Positions 63,711 through 64,000 of a stretch of 64,000 nucleotides of DNA are shown one piece after another; positions within the stretch are counted from its first letter, which is position 1, and every line of letters begins with the position of its first letter. The translations under genes were made by a program, and so were the position numbers. The DNA comes from Paraspadella gotoi (taxonomy: Eukaryota; Animalia; Chaetognatha). The notes under the pieces are model-generated. The model did not search any database. It worked only from the letters and a program-made list of their open reading frames with translations, and was not told the DNA's origin. Where the stretch lies: contig CM119268.1 in NCBI GenBank assembly GCA_051294375.1, positions 8,675,008 to 8,739,007 on the forward strand. The letters run 5' to 3'.

Positions 63711-64000
63711 CATTCGTTTTTTTCCGGATTTTTTCATTAATTTTCTTTGATAGTGGGGTCTGGCTCGATCATGAGTCTTTTAAGATTTTCATATATGATT
63801 TTTAGTGAAATTATTTGGTAAATTAACTAGCTTCGAATCAGTTGGTCACTCCATACCACTTGGGGTTAATAGGTCGGACTAATTTCAAGCGGTTACTGGG
63901 CTTAAAATTTTTATGCCAAAACTTTACATATATTACTAGAAAAATTACTTGTTAAATTTGAATGGAAAATAAATTTTAATCCTAATTCTTTACTTGCTTG

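Overview
Animal (most likely arthropod/ecdysozoan) nuclear DNA, gene-dense, with short spliceosomal introns and many (AG)n/(TTTC)n microsatellites. The assembly is gappy and indel-prone. Reading exons by hand gives seven genes or gene groups. (1) 3' part of a secreted protein with eight peritrophin-A/CBM14 chitin-binding domains, a long Gly/Ser/Asn/Trp repeat and an unassigned 8-Cys module (493-5652, +). (2) A five-domain pacifastin protease-inhibitor precursor that also contains two cryptic C-x8-CF loop peptides (7794-9780, +). (3) Two tandem, very compact iGluR/IR-like channel genes with no ATD, no visible signal peptide and no ligand-binding Arg, and with C vs R at the Q/R site (10296-13480 and 13996-17890, -). 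(4) A small secreted single pacifastin-like gene with a decayed second domain (25516-26345, +). (5) The Hippo-pathway gene expanded (FERM domain, TSGIVS degron, four PPxY; 27089-44589, -). (6) An XK-related membrane protein (59292-61313, +). (7) In the XK intron, a 646-bp TRIM-like LTR element whose LTRs each carry a tRNA-like cloverleaf. The duplications next to N-gaps are probably assembly artefacts. The most novel-looking items are the tRNA-carrying TRIM, the minimal iGluR pair and the cryptic peptides in the pacifastin precursor.
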